Source: Flectonema sp. DT1601 (lineage: Eukaryota). From it: a stretch of 64,000 bases of DNA. Position numbers and translations under genes: made by a program. The notes below the pieces were generated by a model. The model worked only from the letters and a program-made list of their open reading frames with translations. It was not told the origin of the DNA and did no database searches. Each line of letters opens with the position of its first letter. Positions within the stretch are counted from its first letter, which is position 1. Positions 1-15,000 of this stretch are shown one piece after another. Where the stretch lies: positions 1,240,001 to 1,304,000 of the forward strand of contig OZ025788.1 of NCBI GenBank assembly GCA_964019425.1, given 5' to 3'.

Positions 1-11
1 TCCCATCTGCA

Positions 12-3000
12 ATGATAGAATCTGATAATGGCATTTCTTGGGGAGAAACTGAATCTGGAACATTCTACAGCTGTCCAATTGAAAGCTCTGAAACATATTA
101 TGTCTGTCGAGTTAATAATACTTGGACTTCTATTTCTCAGTCGATTTGGTTGGAAATCGTTCCTAAAGAGTCGACTGTTGGTGCTTGGAATCCCGTTGTC
201 ATATTCGACGGAGTTTTAATAATAACAAACACAATAGTGACACCTGACGTTACTGTTTATGGACTCTTGTCGGGGATTCCTCAGGTGCATCCTTCAGATC
301 TTTTGAAATCAGGTGAGACTGCTCAAGTTCACCTTAATCTTGCTTCAACAGGAATATCTTTAGAAGCAGGAACTATTAAAATGGAAGCTATAAAAATTCA
401 AGATAGAAAACTTCTAATTTCCCCATCAGAAGATACTTCTATTGCAACAGTTTGTGACTATGATGGTATTGACTTCGTAGTTTGCAATAGCTCTGATATT
501 GTGTTTAGTAACTCTTACGACACGCATCTGTGGCTTACTTTTATTCCAAACAATATGACTGTTGGTGAATTGAATGCCACCATTTATGTTATTAATACAA
601 AGTTCATTGTGTACGAGACTACTCCTTATATTTATATTAAAGGTCAGTTTGCTCATATTGATGTTGGCGTCACTATACTACCTCCACCACCACAACCGGC
701 TTATCAACCTTTGAAAGCTTTTTTTAGAATTTTTTTTTCTTCCGGTGATTTTCCAAATGTTTTTGAAATTTCCATTCCGGATTTTTATTCTCAAGGATTG
801 GTAAGAGTAAATAGCCGACCAACAACTGAAGACTCGTTAGAATGCAACAGAAACGTTTCTTCTCTCACTGTTTGTCAATATGTAAATTCATACACAGATG
901 AGATAAGTACAATAAATAGCCAGTTTGGATCATGGTGGAGAGATTTCTATGTCTTTTTTGAACCCGAACCAACTCTTCTTGGAAGTTATCAGGTACCATT
1001 TACATTCTCTGGTACTGGCTACGATGATTCAGTTGTTGAACCTTACATGTATGTTTTGGGAAAGTTTTCTCTTCTTGCTGCAAGTACAAAGCAATCGACT
1101 CCAAGTCTTCTTCTCGGATCCGATACTACGGAAGCAGTTGTTGGTTTCTATCTTCGAAGTTCAGCAATCCCAACTACGGATGAGGAAGTTATAATAACTT
1201 TATCAAATAATATCGTACCATCATTGTATATGTGGTCTCCTAATTCTACTTCAGATGATCGCTACACTTGTCAATCACAAACAACGTCCTGGTTATGTAA
1301 TGCCCATACGTTTATAAATACTAATTCACAATATCTAAGAGTTTATGTCAAAGTTTCTTCATCAGAGACGGTGACAGTCGGAAAGGCGTTTATTTCAATG
1401 CAAGTTAGAGCTTCACAGTTCCAACCTTCTACGACAACAGCCTCATTGATCATTCTCGGCGACCTTACCGTCACGGGCGAGGATCCCGAGATCGTCGGGG
1501 ACGCAGGGAGCGGGGCAGGTGCGACGATCCGACTCCACTACCGAGTTGTTGGGTCGGCGATTTCCATCGGCGGAGAGCAGGTGGTCGTCCCGATCACGAA
1601 CGCGGAGGACGCGGGACAGATCCGATGGGGAAAGACCAAGGACGTGCACGACGCGCAAGACTGCTACCGAAACTCGACGAACACGGTGGTGTGCGACCTC
1701 GACGGGGTAACCTTCGGTCCGAGGCACGAGGCCAACGTGTTCGTTTTCGTTGTCCCGGAGTACACGGACACGGAGACTGCCCGGTGGAAGGGAACCGTCA
1801 GCTTCCAGGCAGATTGGTTCCGCACCGCCGTTGACGTTCCGGTCGTGGAGGTGCAGGGCATCCTGAATGCTGAGGTGGTCGGTGCGGAGGCGGAGCCGAT
1901 CGTCGCCTTGCCGGACGAGTGGGTGATGCTCGCATACGTGCTGACGTCGACGGCGCCTTCCTCGGGCGGAGAGACCCTGGTGCTGTCGCCTTCGTCGGCA
2001 TTCTACCCGGGGTCCGTGATGTTCAGCCTGAACAGCAGCTGGGCCGGAGCGAACCGCGAGTCGGATGCGCAGGATTTGGAGTGGACGGCGTGCGGTGGCT
2101 CGATCGTGCAGGACGACGCGTCGGACGACGTGGGCTGCGACCTGAACGCCGCGGGTGCGGTGTTCGGAAGCGGTGGCGACAACGACACGACGACGGTGTA
2201 CGTGCGGTTCCTCCCTGGAAGCGGAGTGGGGGGCCCGATGGGGGTGTCGGTGGAGTTCCATGCGAGCAACTTCACGACGGCATTGCACTACCCGACTGTA
2301 GCTGTTGCGGGGACGACGACCGTGGAGAGCACCACTGTTGTGCCTGTCTTGCAGGAGGTCGGGAAGGAAGTCGCGGTTCTGCTGACTTTGACGGCCTCGG
2401 CGAACTTCACGGACGTTTCGATCTTGCTGCCGGTTTCGGAGGTGCGGGACGTGTACGTGGGCACTGCGCCCGAGTCTTCGTCGGACTACAACCTCGCCGC
2501 GGCGCGGGCTGGCGACTCGGTGCGTTGCGAGCTGGTGAGCGACGAGGAGTACGTTTGCAGCGGGATTTCGGTCAGCACCGCGGAGACGTCGGTGTCGCTG
2601 TGGATGACACCCGACACTTCGCGCGTGGGGGAGATGAACGTGACCCTGCGCGTCGTCGGTCTCTGGATGAGGGAGACGCAGTTCTCGCCGAACATCAGCG
2701 TGCAGGCGCTGTTGGACCTGGACAGCCACGACGACACGCCGGTGACGCCGTCTCCTGCGAAGTCCGGAGAAGAGGTTCGGCTGAAGCTGTCGGCGAAGTC
2801 GAGCGGGCAGGAGTCCTCGAACGTTGAGCTCCGGGTGCCGTACGACAAGATCGATCGCGCGCAGGAGGTGCGATGGGGAATTTCGTCGAACCGCAACGTG
2901 TCGACTGAGTGTCCGAACGTGACGACCGTCAATCAGCAGTACGGATACGTCACGTGCGACGTCAGCGGCGGGGGAGTCTTCCTGACGGATACGGCGCAGA

Positions 3001-6000
3001 CGCTGTACCTCTGGTTCACCCCGGAGAACACGACGGTGGGGCACTTGAACATGTCGTTGACGCTGGCGGCCGACTATTACGAGAAGGCGCTCGAGGTGCC
3101 GGACGTGCTCGTGTACGGGCAGTTCAGCGCGTCGACCTACGTCCCCGACGCGACCATCTGGAGCGGGGAAGCTGCCTGGGTGCGGTTCCGCGTTTCCGGG
3201 ACGGGGTGGACCGTCGGTGGGGAGAAACTGCTGGGGAAGACCTCGTACTTCTCTGGATCCCTCAGGCGGGCGGCTTCGGAGAAGGCGACGTTGGGGCTGG
3301 TGGATTCGTACGCCGGTGGCGGGGCCGACGCGGGATACCATGTGGTGCGGCTCGACCCAGCGAACGCGACGGACGACTTGTCGACGCAGCTGATCGGACC
3401 CGATTCCGTGCTCGAGTTCTGGGTTCGGTTCACCGCGGCGGAGACGACGGTGGGCGAGCTGTTTCCGGCTTACTCTGACGGGTTTGTTCTCCGGGCGCAC
3501 TACTACGTGGATCTGGTGGTGAACTTCGACTTGACGGTGCTGGGACGGCTGAGGCTGTACGAATCCTTCCGCACGGCTCAGGTGCTCCCCTCCACGGGGG
3601 TGCGAAGTGGGACCCTTGTCCGCGTGCAGTGGGGGATCGGGTCGACCGGAGATTCGGTCGGTGGAGAGGCGATGGCCATCGATTCGGCGAAGGTCGCTCC
3701 GGACAGCGTGCGCTACGGTTGGTCGGACAACTACGAGCAGTCTTCGGCTTGCGAGCTGAACACTGGCGGGTGGCACGCGTACCGGAATCCGTGGAGCGCT
3801 GGTTGCCAAGGGTGTTGGTACGTGTGCAACATGACGCAGGCGACGCCCGACTCGCTCGCGGTGTTCACCGCAGCTGGGGCGAGGCAGACTTGGCTCTTCT
3901 TCGAACCGCTGAATACCACCGCCGGGATTCTGAACGCGACCGTGCAGTTCGCGGCATCGAACTTCGTGACTGAGTACGACGTGCCGTACGTCCTCGTGAA
4001 GGGGGAGGTTGCCATGCTCGAAACGTCGGCTGTGGTGACCCCTTCGCAGCCGGTCACGGCAGTGGCTCCTGTGACGGTGCACTACCGCCTGAGAGTGACC
4101 GGACCGCCGGAGGGTACGCTGCGTGCTGCGATTGCCACCGAGTACCTGGGTGCGGAACCCGACAGCCTTCAGCTCCGCTGGGGAACGTCGAGCAACGTCG
4201 GAGAGGCGTCGGTTTGCGAAACGGACAGTCTGGAAGGAGTGCCGTTGAAGTCTTGCGACGTCCGCACCCTGTACAGCCTCGGAAGCGACGATTGGGATTC
4301 CCGTTTGGTCGACCTGTACTTGTGGTTCACGCCGAGCTGGGAGACGGTCGGTGTGCTTGGCGCGAAGGTGACCTTCTACGGGGAGCACTTCCTGACGACG
4401 GTCGATGAACCGTACATCTACGTTCTCGGGAAGTTCAACCTGCGTGCGTCGGGCAAGAATGACGCCCAGGCGGCGGTGGCGATAGCCGGGACGACCGGGG
4501 AGGTGGCGACGAAGTTCGTGCTGAGCATTTCCGGGGACGCGTCGGAAGATGAGCAAGTGATTGTGACGTACTCCGACGGACTGGTGCCGCCGCGGCTGCT
4601 GTGGGCGCCGAACTCGACTGCGGATCGCGCAGCGTGCGAGGCCGAGACGTCGAAGCGGTGGGTGTGCGATGCGTCTGGGTCTTTGCGCTCGTATCTCACA
4701 AGCGGAAAGCAGACCCTGACCGTGTACGCTCTTCCTAGCGAGCACGGGAGGGCGGGTCCGAACTACGTGGCCGTCGAGGTGCGGGCCCGTCAGTTCGAAA
4801 CTGCGCGATCGATGGTGCGGGTGAGCGTGCTCGGCGACCTTACCGTCACGGGCGAGGATCCCGAGATCGTCGGGGACGCAGGGAGCGGGGCAGGTGCGAC
4901 GATCCGACTCCACTACCGAGTTGTTGGGTCGGCGATTTCCATCGGCGGAGAGCAGGTGGTCGTCCCGATCACGAACGCGGAGGACGCGGGACAGATCCGA
5001 TGGGGAAAGACCAAGGACGTGCACGACGCGCAAGACTGCTACCGAAACTCGACGAACACGGTGGTGTGCGACCTCGACGGGGTAACCTTCGGTCCGAGGC
5101 ACGAGGCCAACGTGTTCGTTTTCGTTGTCCCGGAGTACACGGACACGGAGACTGCCCGGTGGAAGGGAACCGTCAGCTTCCAGGCAGATTGGTTCCGCAC
5201 CGCCGTTGACGTTCCGGTCGTGGAGGTGCAGGGCATCCTGAATGCTGAGGTGGTCGGTGCGGAGGCGGAGCCGATCGTCGCCTTGCCGGACGAGTGGGTG
5301 ATGCTCGCATACGTGCTGACGTCGACGGCGCCTTCCTCGGGCGGAGAGACCCTGGTGCTGTCGCCTTCGTCGGCATTCTACCCGGGGTCCGTGATGTTCA
5401 GCCTGAACAGCAGCTGGGCCGGAGCGAACCGCGAGTCGGATGCGCAGGATTTGGAGTGGACGGCGTGCGGTGGCTCGATCGTGCAGGACGACGCGTCGGA
5501 CGACGTGGGCTGCGACCTGAACGCCGCGGGTGCGGTGTTCGGAAGCGGTGGCGACAACGACACGACGACGGTGTACGTGCGGTTCCTCCCTGGAAGCGGA
5601 GTGGGGGGCCCGATGGGGGTGTCGGTGGAGTTCCATGCGAGCAACTTCACGACGGCATTGCACTACCCGACTGTAGCTGTTGCGGGGACGACGACCGTGG
5701 AGAGCACCACTGTTGTGCCTGTCTTGCAGGAGGTCGGGAAGGAAGTCGCGGTTCTGCTGACTTTGACGGCCTCGGCGAACTTCACGGACGTTTCGATCTT
5801 GCTGCCGGTTTCGGAGGTGCGGGACGTGTACGTGGGCACTGCGCCCGAGTCTTCGTCGGACTACAACCTCGCCGCGGCGCGGGCTGGCGACTCGGTGCGT
5901 TGCGAGCTGGTGAGCGACGAGGAGTACGTTTGCAGCGGGATTTCGGTCAGCACCGCGGAGACGTCGGTGTCGCTGTGGATGACACCCGACACTTCGCGCG

Positions 6001-9000
6001 TGGGGGAGATGAACGTGACCCTGCGCGTCGTCGGTCTCTGGATGAGGGAGACGCAGTTCTCGCCGAACATCAGCGTGCAGGCGCTGTTGGACCTGGACAG
6101 CCACGACGACACGCCGGTGACGCCGTCTCCTGCGAAGTCCGGAGAAGAGGTTCGGCTGAAGCTGTCGGCGAAGTCGAGCGGGCAGGAGTCCTCGAACGTT
6201 GAGCTCCGGGTGCCGTACGACAAGATCGATCGCGCGCAGGAGGTGCGATGGGGAATTTCGTCGAACCGCAACGTGTCGACTGAGTGTCCGAACGTGACGA
6301 CCGTCAATCAGCAGTACGGATACGTCACGTGCGACGTCAGCGGCGGGGGAGTCTTCCTGACGGATACGGCGCAGACGCTGTACCTCTGGTTCACCCCGGA
6401 GAACACGACGGTGGGGCACTTGAACATGTCGTTGACGCTGGCGGCCGACTATTACGAGAAGGCGCTCGAGGTGCCGGACGTGCTCGTGTACGGGCAGTTC
6501 AGCGCGTCGACCTACGTCCCCGACGCGACCATCTGGAGCGGGGAAGCTGCCTGGGTGCGGTTCCGCGTTTCCGGGACGGGGTGGACCGTCGGTGGGGAGA
6601 AACTGCTGGGGAAGACCTCGTACTTCTCTGGATCCCTCAGGCGGGCGGCTTCGGAGAAGGCGACGTTGGGGCTGGTGGATTCGTACGCCGGTGGCGGGGC
6701 CGACGCGGGATACCATGTGGTGCGGCTCGACCCAGCGAACGCGACGGACGACTTGTCGACGCAGCTGATCGGACCCGATTCCGTGCTCGAGTTCTGGGTT
6801 CGGTTCACCGCGGCGGAGACGACGGTGGGCGAGCTGTTTCCGGCTTACTCTGACGGGTTTGTTCTCCGGGCGCACTACTACGTGGATCTGGTGGTGAACT
6901 TCGACTTGACGGTGCTGGGACGGCTGAGGCTGTACGAATCCTTCCGCACGGCTCAGGTGCTCCCCTCCACGGGGGTGCGAAGTGGGACCCTTGTCCGCGT
7001 GCAGTGGGGGATCGGGTCGACCGGAGATTCGGTCGGTGGAGAGGCGATGGCCATCGATTCGGCGAAGGTCGCTCCGGACAGCGTGCGCTACGGTTGGTCG
7101 GACAACTACGAGCAGTCTTCGGCTTGCGAGCTGAACACTGGCGGGTGGCACGCGTACCGGAATCCGTGGAGCGCTGGTTGCCAAGGGTGTTGGTACGTGT
7201 GCAACATGACGCAGGCGACGCCCGACTCGCTCGCGGTGTTCACCGCAGCTGGGGCGAGGCAGACTTGGCTCTTCTTCGAACCGCTGAATACCACCGCCGG
7301 GATTCTGAACGCGACCGTGCAGTTCGCGGCATCGAACTTCGTGACTGAGTACGACGTGCCGTACGTCCTCGTGAAGGGGGAGGTTGCCATGCTCGAAACG
7401 TCGGCTGTGGTGACCCCTTCGCAGCCGGTCACGGCAGTGGCTCCTGTGACGGTGCACTACCGCCTGAGAGTGACCGGACCGCCGGAGGGTACGCTGCGTG
7501 CTGCGATTGCCACCGAGTACCTGGGTGCGGAACCCGACAGCCTTCAGCTCCGCTGGGGAACGTCGAGCAACGTCGGAGAGGCGTCGGTTTGCGAAACGGA
7601 CAGTCTGGAAGGAGTGCCGTTGAAGTCTTGCGACGTCCGCACCCTGTACAGCCTCGGAAGCGACGATTGGGATTCCCGTTTGGTCGACCTGTACTTGTGG
7701 TTCACGCCGAGCTGGGAGACGGTCGGTGTGCTTGGCGCGAAGGTGACCTTCTACGGGGAGCACTTCCTGACGACGGTCGATGAACCGTACATCTACGTTC
7801 TCGGGAAGTTCAACCTGCGTGCGTCGGGCAAGAATGACGCCCAGGCGGCGGTGGCGATAGCCGGGACGACCGGGGAGGTGGCGACGAAGTTCGTGCTGAG
7901 CATTTCCGGGGACGCGTCGGAAGATGAGCAAGTGATTGTGACGTACTCCGACGGACTGGTGCCGCCGCGGCTGCTGTGGGCGCCGAACTCGACTGCGGAT
8001 CGCGCAGCGTGCGAGGCCGAGACGTCGAAGCGGTGGGTGTGCGATGCGTCTGGGTCTTTGCGCTCGTATCTCACAAGCGGAAAGCAGACCCTGACCGTGT
8101 ACGCTCTTCCTAGCGAGCACGGGAGGGCGGGTCCGAACTACGTGGCCGTCGAGGTGCGGGCCCGTCAGTTCGAAACTGCGCGATCGATGGTGCGGGTGAG
8201 CGTGCTCGGCGACCTTACCGTCACGGGCGAGGATCCCGAGATCGTCGGGGACGCAGGGAGCGGGGCAGGTGCGACGATCCGACTCCACTACCGAGTTGTT
8301 GGGTCGGCGATTTCCATCGGCGGAGAGCAGGTGGTCGTCCCGATCACGAACGCGGAGGACGCGGGACAGATCCGATGGGGAAAGACCAAGGACGTGCACG
8401 ACGCGCAAGACTGCTACCGAAACTCGACGAACACGGTGGTGTGCGACCTCGACGGGGTAACCTTCGGTCCGAGGCACGAGGCCAACGTGTTCGTTTTCGT
8501 TGTCCCGGAGTACACGGACACGGAGACTGCCCGGTGGAAGGGAACCGTCAGCTTCCAGGCAGATTGGTTCCGCACCGCCGTTGACGTTCCGGTCGTGGAG
8601 GTGCAGGGCATCCTGAATGCTGAGGTGGTCGGTGCGGAGGCGGAGCCGATCGTCGCCTTGCCGGACGAGTGGGTGATGCTCGCATACGTGCTGACGTCGA
8701 CGGCGCCTTCCTCGGGCGGAGAGACCCTGGTGCTGTCGCCTTCGTCGGCATTCTACCCGGGGTCCGTGATGTTCAGCCTGAACAGCAGCTGGGCCGGAGC
8801 GAACCGCGAGTCGGATGCGCAGGATTTGGAGTGGACGGCGTGCGGTGGCTCGATCGTGCAGGACGACGCGTCGGACGACGTGGGCTGCGACCTGAACGCC
8901 GCGGGTGCGGTGTTCGGAAGCGGTGGCGACAACGACACGACGACGGTGTACGTGCGGTTCCTCCCTGGAAGCGGAGTGGGGGGCCCGATGGGGGTGTCGG

Positions 9001-12000
9001 TGGAGTTCCATGCGAGCAACTTCACGACGGCATTGCACTACCCGACTGTAGCTGTTGCGGGGACGACGACCGTGGAGAGCACCACTGTTGTGCCTGTCTT
9101 GCAGGAGGTCGGGAAGGAAGTCGCGGTTCTGCTGACTTTGACGGCCTCGGCGAACTTCACGGACGTTTCGATCTTGCTGCCGGTTTCGGAGGTGCGGGAC
9201 GTGTACGTGGGCACTGCGCCCGAGTCTTCGTCGGACTACAACCTCGCCGCGGCGCGGGCTGGCGACTCGGTGCGTTGCGAGCTGGTGAGCGACGAGGAGT
9301 ACGTTTGCAGCGGGATTTCGGTCAGCACCGCGGAGACGTCGGTGTCGCTGTGGATGACACCCGACACTTCGCGCGTGGGGGAGATGAACGTGACCCTGCG
9401 CGTCGTCGGTCTCTGGATGAGGGAGACGCAGTTCTCGCCGAACATCAGCGTGCAGGCGCTGTTGGACCTGGACAGCCACGACGACACGCCGGTGACGCCG
9501 TCTCCTGCGAAGTCCGGAGAAGAGGTTCGGCTGAAGCTGTCGGCGAAGTCGAGCGGGCAGGAGTCCTCGAACGTTGAGCTCCGGGTGCCGTACGACAAGA
9601 TCGATCGCGCGCAGGAGGTGCGATGGGGAATTTCGTCGAACCGCAACGTGTCGACTGAGTGTCCGAACGTGACGACCGTCAATCAGCAGTACGGATACGT
9701 CACGTGCGACGTCAGCGGCGGGGGAGTCTTCCTGACGGATACGGCGCAGACGCTGTACCTCTGGTTCACCCCGGAGAACACGACGGTGGGGCACTTGAAC
9801 ATGTCGTTGACGCTGGCGGCCGACTATTACGAGAAGGCGCTCGAGGTGCCGGACGTGCTCGTGTACGGGCAGTTCAGCGCGTCGACCTACGTCCCCGACG
9901 CGACCATCTGGAGCGGGGAAGCTGCCTGGGTGCGGTTCCGCGTTTCCGGGACGGGGTGGACCGTCGGTGGGGAGAAACTGCTGGGGAAGACCTCGTACTT
10001 CTCTGGATCCCTCAGGCGGGCGGCTTCGGAGAAGGCGACGTTGGGGCTGGTGGATTCGTACGCCGGTGGCGGGGCCGACGCGGGATACCATGTGGTGCGG
10101 CTCGACCCAGCGAACGCGACGGACGACTTGTCGACGCAGCTGATCGGACCCGATTCCGTGCTCGAGTTCTGGGTTCGGTTCACCGCGGCGGAGACGACGG
10201 TGGGCGAGCTGTTTCCGGCTTACTCTGACGGGTTTGTTCTCCGGGCGCACTACTACGTGGATCTGGTGGTGAACTTCGACTTGACGGTGCTGGGACGGCT
10301 GAGGCTGTACGAATCCTTCCGCACGGCTCAGGTGCTCCCCTCCACGGGGGTGCGAAGTGGGACCCTTGTCCGCGTGCAGTGGGGGATCGGGTCGACCGGA
10401 GATTCGGTCGGTGGAGAGGCGATGGCCATCGATTCGGCGAAGGTCGCTCCGGACAGCGTGCGCTACGGTTGGTCGGACAACTACGAGCAGTCTTCGGCTT
10501 GCGAGCTGAACACTGGCGGGTGGCACGCGTACCGGAATCCGTGGAGCGCTGGTTGCCAAGGGTGTTGGTACGTGTGCAACATGACGCAGGCGACGCCCGA
10601 CTCGCTCGCGGTGTTCACCGCAGCTGGGGCGAGGCAGACTTGGCTCTTCTTCGAACCGCTGAATACCACCGCCGGGATTCTGAACGCGACCGTGCAGTTC
10701 GCGGCATCGAACTTCGTGACTGAGTACGACGTGCCGTACGTCCTCGTGAAGGGGGAGGTTGCCATGCTCGAAACGTCGGCTGTGGTGACCCCTTCGCAGC
10801 CGGTCACGGCAGTGGCTCCTGTGACGGTGCACTACCGCCTGAGAGTGACCGGACCGCCGGAGGGTACGCTGCGTGCTGCGATTGCCACCGAGTACCTGGG
10901 TGCGGAACCCGACAGCCTTCAGCTCCGCTGGGGAACGTCGAGCAACGTCGGAGAGGCGTCGGTTTGCGAAACGGACAGTCTGGAAGGAGTGCCGTTGAAG
11001 TCTTGCGACGTCCGCACCCTGTACAGCCTCGGAAGCGACGATTGGGATTCCCGTTTGGTCGACCTGTACTTGTGGTTCACGCCGAGCTGGGAGACGGTCG
11101 GTGTGCTTGGCGCGAAGGTGACCTTCTACGGGGAGCACTTCCTGACGACGGTCGATGAACCGTACATCTACGTTCTCGGGAAGTTCAACCTGCGTGCGTC
11201 GGGCAAGAATGACGCCCAGGCGGCGGTGGCGATAGCCGGGACGACCGGGGAGGTGGCGACGAAGTTCGTGCTGAGCATTTCCGGGGACGCGTCGGAAGAT
11301 GAGCAAGTGATTGTGACGTACTCCGACGGACTGGTGCCGCCGCGGCTGCTGTGGGCGCCGAACTCGACTGCGGATCGCGCAGCGTGCGAGGCCGAGACGT
11401 CGAAGCGGTGGGTGTGCGATGCGTCTGGGTCTTTGCGCTCGTATCTCACAAGCGGAAAGCAGACCCTGACCGTGTACGCTCTTCCTAGCGAGCACGGGAG
11501 GGCGGGTCCGAACTACGTGGCCGTCGAGGTGCGGGCCCGTCAGTTCGAAACTGCGCGATCGATGGTGCGGGTGAGCGTGCTCGGCGACCTTACCGTCACG
11601 GGCGAGGATCCCGAGATCGTCGGGGACGCAGGGAGCGGGGCAGGTGCGACGATCCGACTCCACTACCGAGTTGTTGGGTCGGCGATTTCCATCGGCGGAG
11701 AGCAGGTGGTCGTCCCGATCACGAACGCGGAGGACGCGGGACAGATCCGATGGGGAAAGACCAAGGACGTGCACGACGCGCAAGACTGCTACCGAAACTC
11801 GACGAACACGGTGGTGTGCGACCTCGACGGGGTAACCTTCGGTCCGAGGCACGAGGCCAACGTGTTCGTTTTCGTTGTCCCGGAGTACACGGACACGGAG
11901 ACTGCCCGGTGGAAGGGAACCGTCAGCTTCCAGGCAGATTGGTTCCGCACCGCCGTTGACGTTCCGGTCGTGGAGGTGCAGGGCATCCTGAATGCTGAGG

Positions 12001-15000
12001 TGGTCGGTGCGGAGGCGGAGCCGATCGTCGCCTTGCCGGACGAGTGGGTGATGCTCGCATACGTGCTGACGTCGACGGCGCCTTCCTCGGGCGGAGAGAC
12101 CCTGGTGCTGTCGCCTTCGTCGGCATTCTACCCGGGGTCCGTGATGTTCAGCCTGAACAGCAGCTGGGCCGGAGCGAACCGCGAGTCGGATGCGCAGGAT
12201 TTGGAGTGGACGGCGTGCGGTGGCTCGATCGTGCAGGACGACGCGTCGGACGACGTGGGCTGCGACCTGAACGCCGCGGGTGCGGTGTTCGGAAGCGGTG
12301 GCGACAACGACACGACGACGGTGTACGTGCGGTTCCTCCCTGGAAGCGGAGTGGGGGGCCCGATGGGGGTGTCGGTGGAGTTCCATGCGAGCAACTTCAC
12401 GACGGCATTGCACTACCCGACTGTAGCTGTTGCGGGGACGACGACCGTGGAGAGCACCACTGTTGTGCCTGTCTTGCAGGAGGTCGGGAAGGAAGTCGCG
12501 GTTCTGCTGACTTTGACGGCCTCGGCGAACTTCACGGACGTTTCGATCTTGCTGCCGGTTTCGGAGGTGCGGGACGTGTACGTGGGCACTGCGCCCGAGT
12601 CTTCGTCGGACTACAACCTCGCCGCGGCGCGGGCTGGCGACTCGGTGCGTTGCGAGCTGGTGAGCGACGAGGAGTACGTTTGCAGCGGGATTTCGGTCAG
12701 CACCGCGGAGACGTCGGTGTCGCTGTGGATGACACCCGACACTTCGCGCGTGGGGGAGATGAACGTGACCCTGCGCGTCGTCGGTCTCTGGATGAGGGAG
12801 ACGCAGTTCTCGCCGAACATCAGCGTGCAGGCGCTGTTGGACCTGGACAGCCACGACGACACGCCGGTGACGCCGTCTCCTGCGAAGTCCGGAGAAGAGG
12901 TTCGGCTGAAGCTGTCGGCGAAGTCGAGCGGGCAGGAGTCCTCGAACGTTGAGCTCCGGGTGCCGTACGACAAGATCGATCGCGCGCAGGAGGTGCGATG
13001 GGGAATTTCGTCGAACCGCAACGTGTCGACTGAGTGTCCGAACGTGACGACCGTCAATCAGCAGTACGGATACGTCACGTGCGACGTCAGCGGCGGGGGA
13101 GTCTTCCTGACGGATACGGCGCAGACGCTGTACCTCTGGTTCACCCCGGAGAACACGACGGTGGGGCACTTGAACATGTCGTTGACGCTGGCGGCCGACT
13201 ATTACGAGAAGGCGCTCGAGGTGCCGGACGTGCTCGTGTACGGGCAGTTCAGCGCGTCGACCTACGTCCCCGACGCGACCATCTGGAGCGGGGAAGCTGC
13301 CTGGGTGCGGTTCCGCGTTTCCGGGACGGGGTGGACCGTCGGTGGGGAGAAACTGCTGGGGAAGACCTCGTACTTCTCTGGATCCCTCAGGCGGGCGGCT
13401 TCGGAGAAGGCGACGTTGGGGCTGGTGGATTCGTACGCCGGTGGCGGGGCCGACGCGGGATACCATGTGGTGCGGCTCGACCCAGCGAACGCGACGGACG
13501 ACTTGTCGACGCAGCTGATCGGACCCGATTCCGTGCTCGAGTTCTGGGTTCGGTTCACCGCGGCGGAGACGACGGTGGGCGAGCTGTTTCCGGCTTACTC
13601 TGACGGGTTTGTTCTCCGGGCGCACTACTACGTGGATCTGGTGGTGAACTTCGACTTGACGGTGCTGGGACGGCTGAGGCTGTACGAATCCTTCCGCACG
13701 GCTCAGGTGCTCCCCTCCACGGGGGTGCGAAGTGGGACCCTTGTCCGCGTGCAGTGGGGGATCGGGTCGACCGGAGATTCGGTCGGTGGAGAGGCGATGG
13801 CCATCGATTCGGCGAAGGTCGCTCCGGACAGCGTGCGCTACGGTTGGTCGGACAACTACGAGCAGTCTTCGGCTTGCGAGCTGAACACTGGCGGGTGGCA
13901 CGCGTACCGGAATCCGTGGAGCGCTGGTTGCCAAGGGTGTTGGTACGTGTGCAACATGACGCAGGCGACGCCCGACTCGCTCGCGGTGTTCACCGCAGCT
14001 GGGGCGAGGCAGACTTGGCTCTTCTTCGAACCGCTGAATACCACCGCCGGGATTCTGAACGCGACCGTGCAGTTCGCGGCATCGAACTTCGTGACTGAGT
14101 ACGACGTGCCGTACGTCCTCGTGAAGGGGGAGGTTGCCATGCTCGAAACGTCGGCTGTGGTGACCCCTTCGCAGCCGGTCACGGCAGTGGCTCCTGTGAC
14201 GGTGCACTACCGCCTGAGAGTGACCGGACCGCCGGAGGGTACGCTGCGTGCTGCGATTGCCACCGAGTACCTGGGTGCGGAACCCGACAGCCTTCAGCTC
14301 CGCTGGGGAACGTCGAGCAACGTCGGAGAGGCGTCGGTTTGCGAAACGGACAGTCTGGAAGGAGTGCCGTTGAAGTCTTGCGACGTCCGCACCCTGTACA
14401 GCCTCGGAAGCGACGATTGGGATTCCCGTTTGGTCGACCTGTACTTGTGGTTCACGCCGAGCTGGGAGACGGTCGGTGTGCTTGGCGCGAAGGTGACCTT
14501 CTACGGGGAGCACTTCCTGACGACGGTCGATGAACCGTACATCTACGTTCTCGGGAAGTTCAACCTGCGTGCGTCGGGCAAGAATGACGCCCAGGCGGCG
14601 GTGGCGATAGCCGGGACGACCGGGGAGGTGGCGACGAAGTTCGTGCTGAGCATTTCCGGGGACGCGTCGGAAGATGAGCAAGTGATTGTGACGTACTCCG
14701 ACGGACTGGTGCCGCCGCGGCTGCTGTGGGCGCCGAACTCGACTGCGGATCGCGCAGCGTGCGAGGCCGAGACGTCGAAGCGGTGGGTGTGCGATGCGTC
14801 TGGGTCTTTGCGCTCGTATCTCACAAGCGGAAAGCAGACCCTGACCGTGTACGCTCTTCCTAGCGAGCACGGGAGGGCGGGTCCGAACTACGTGGCCGTC
14901 GAGGTGCGGGCCCGTCAGTTCGAAACTGCGCGATCGATGGTGCGGGTGAGCGTGCTCGGCGACCTTACCGTCACGGGCGAGGATCCCGAGATCGTCGGGG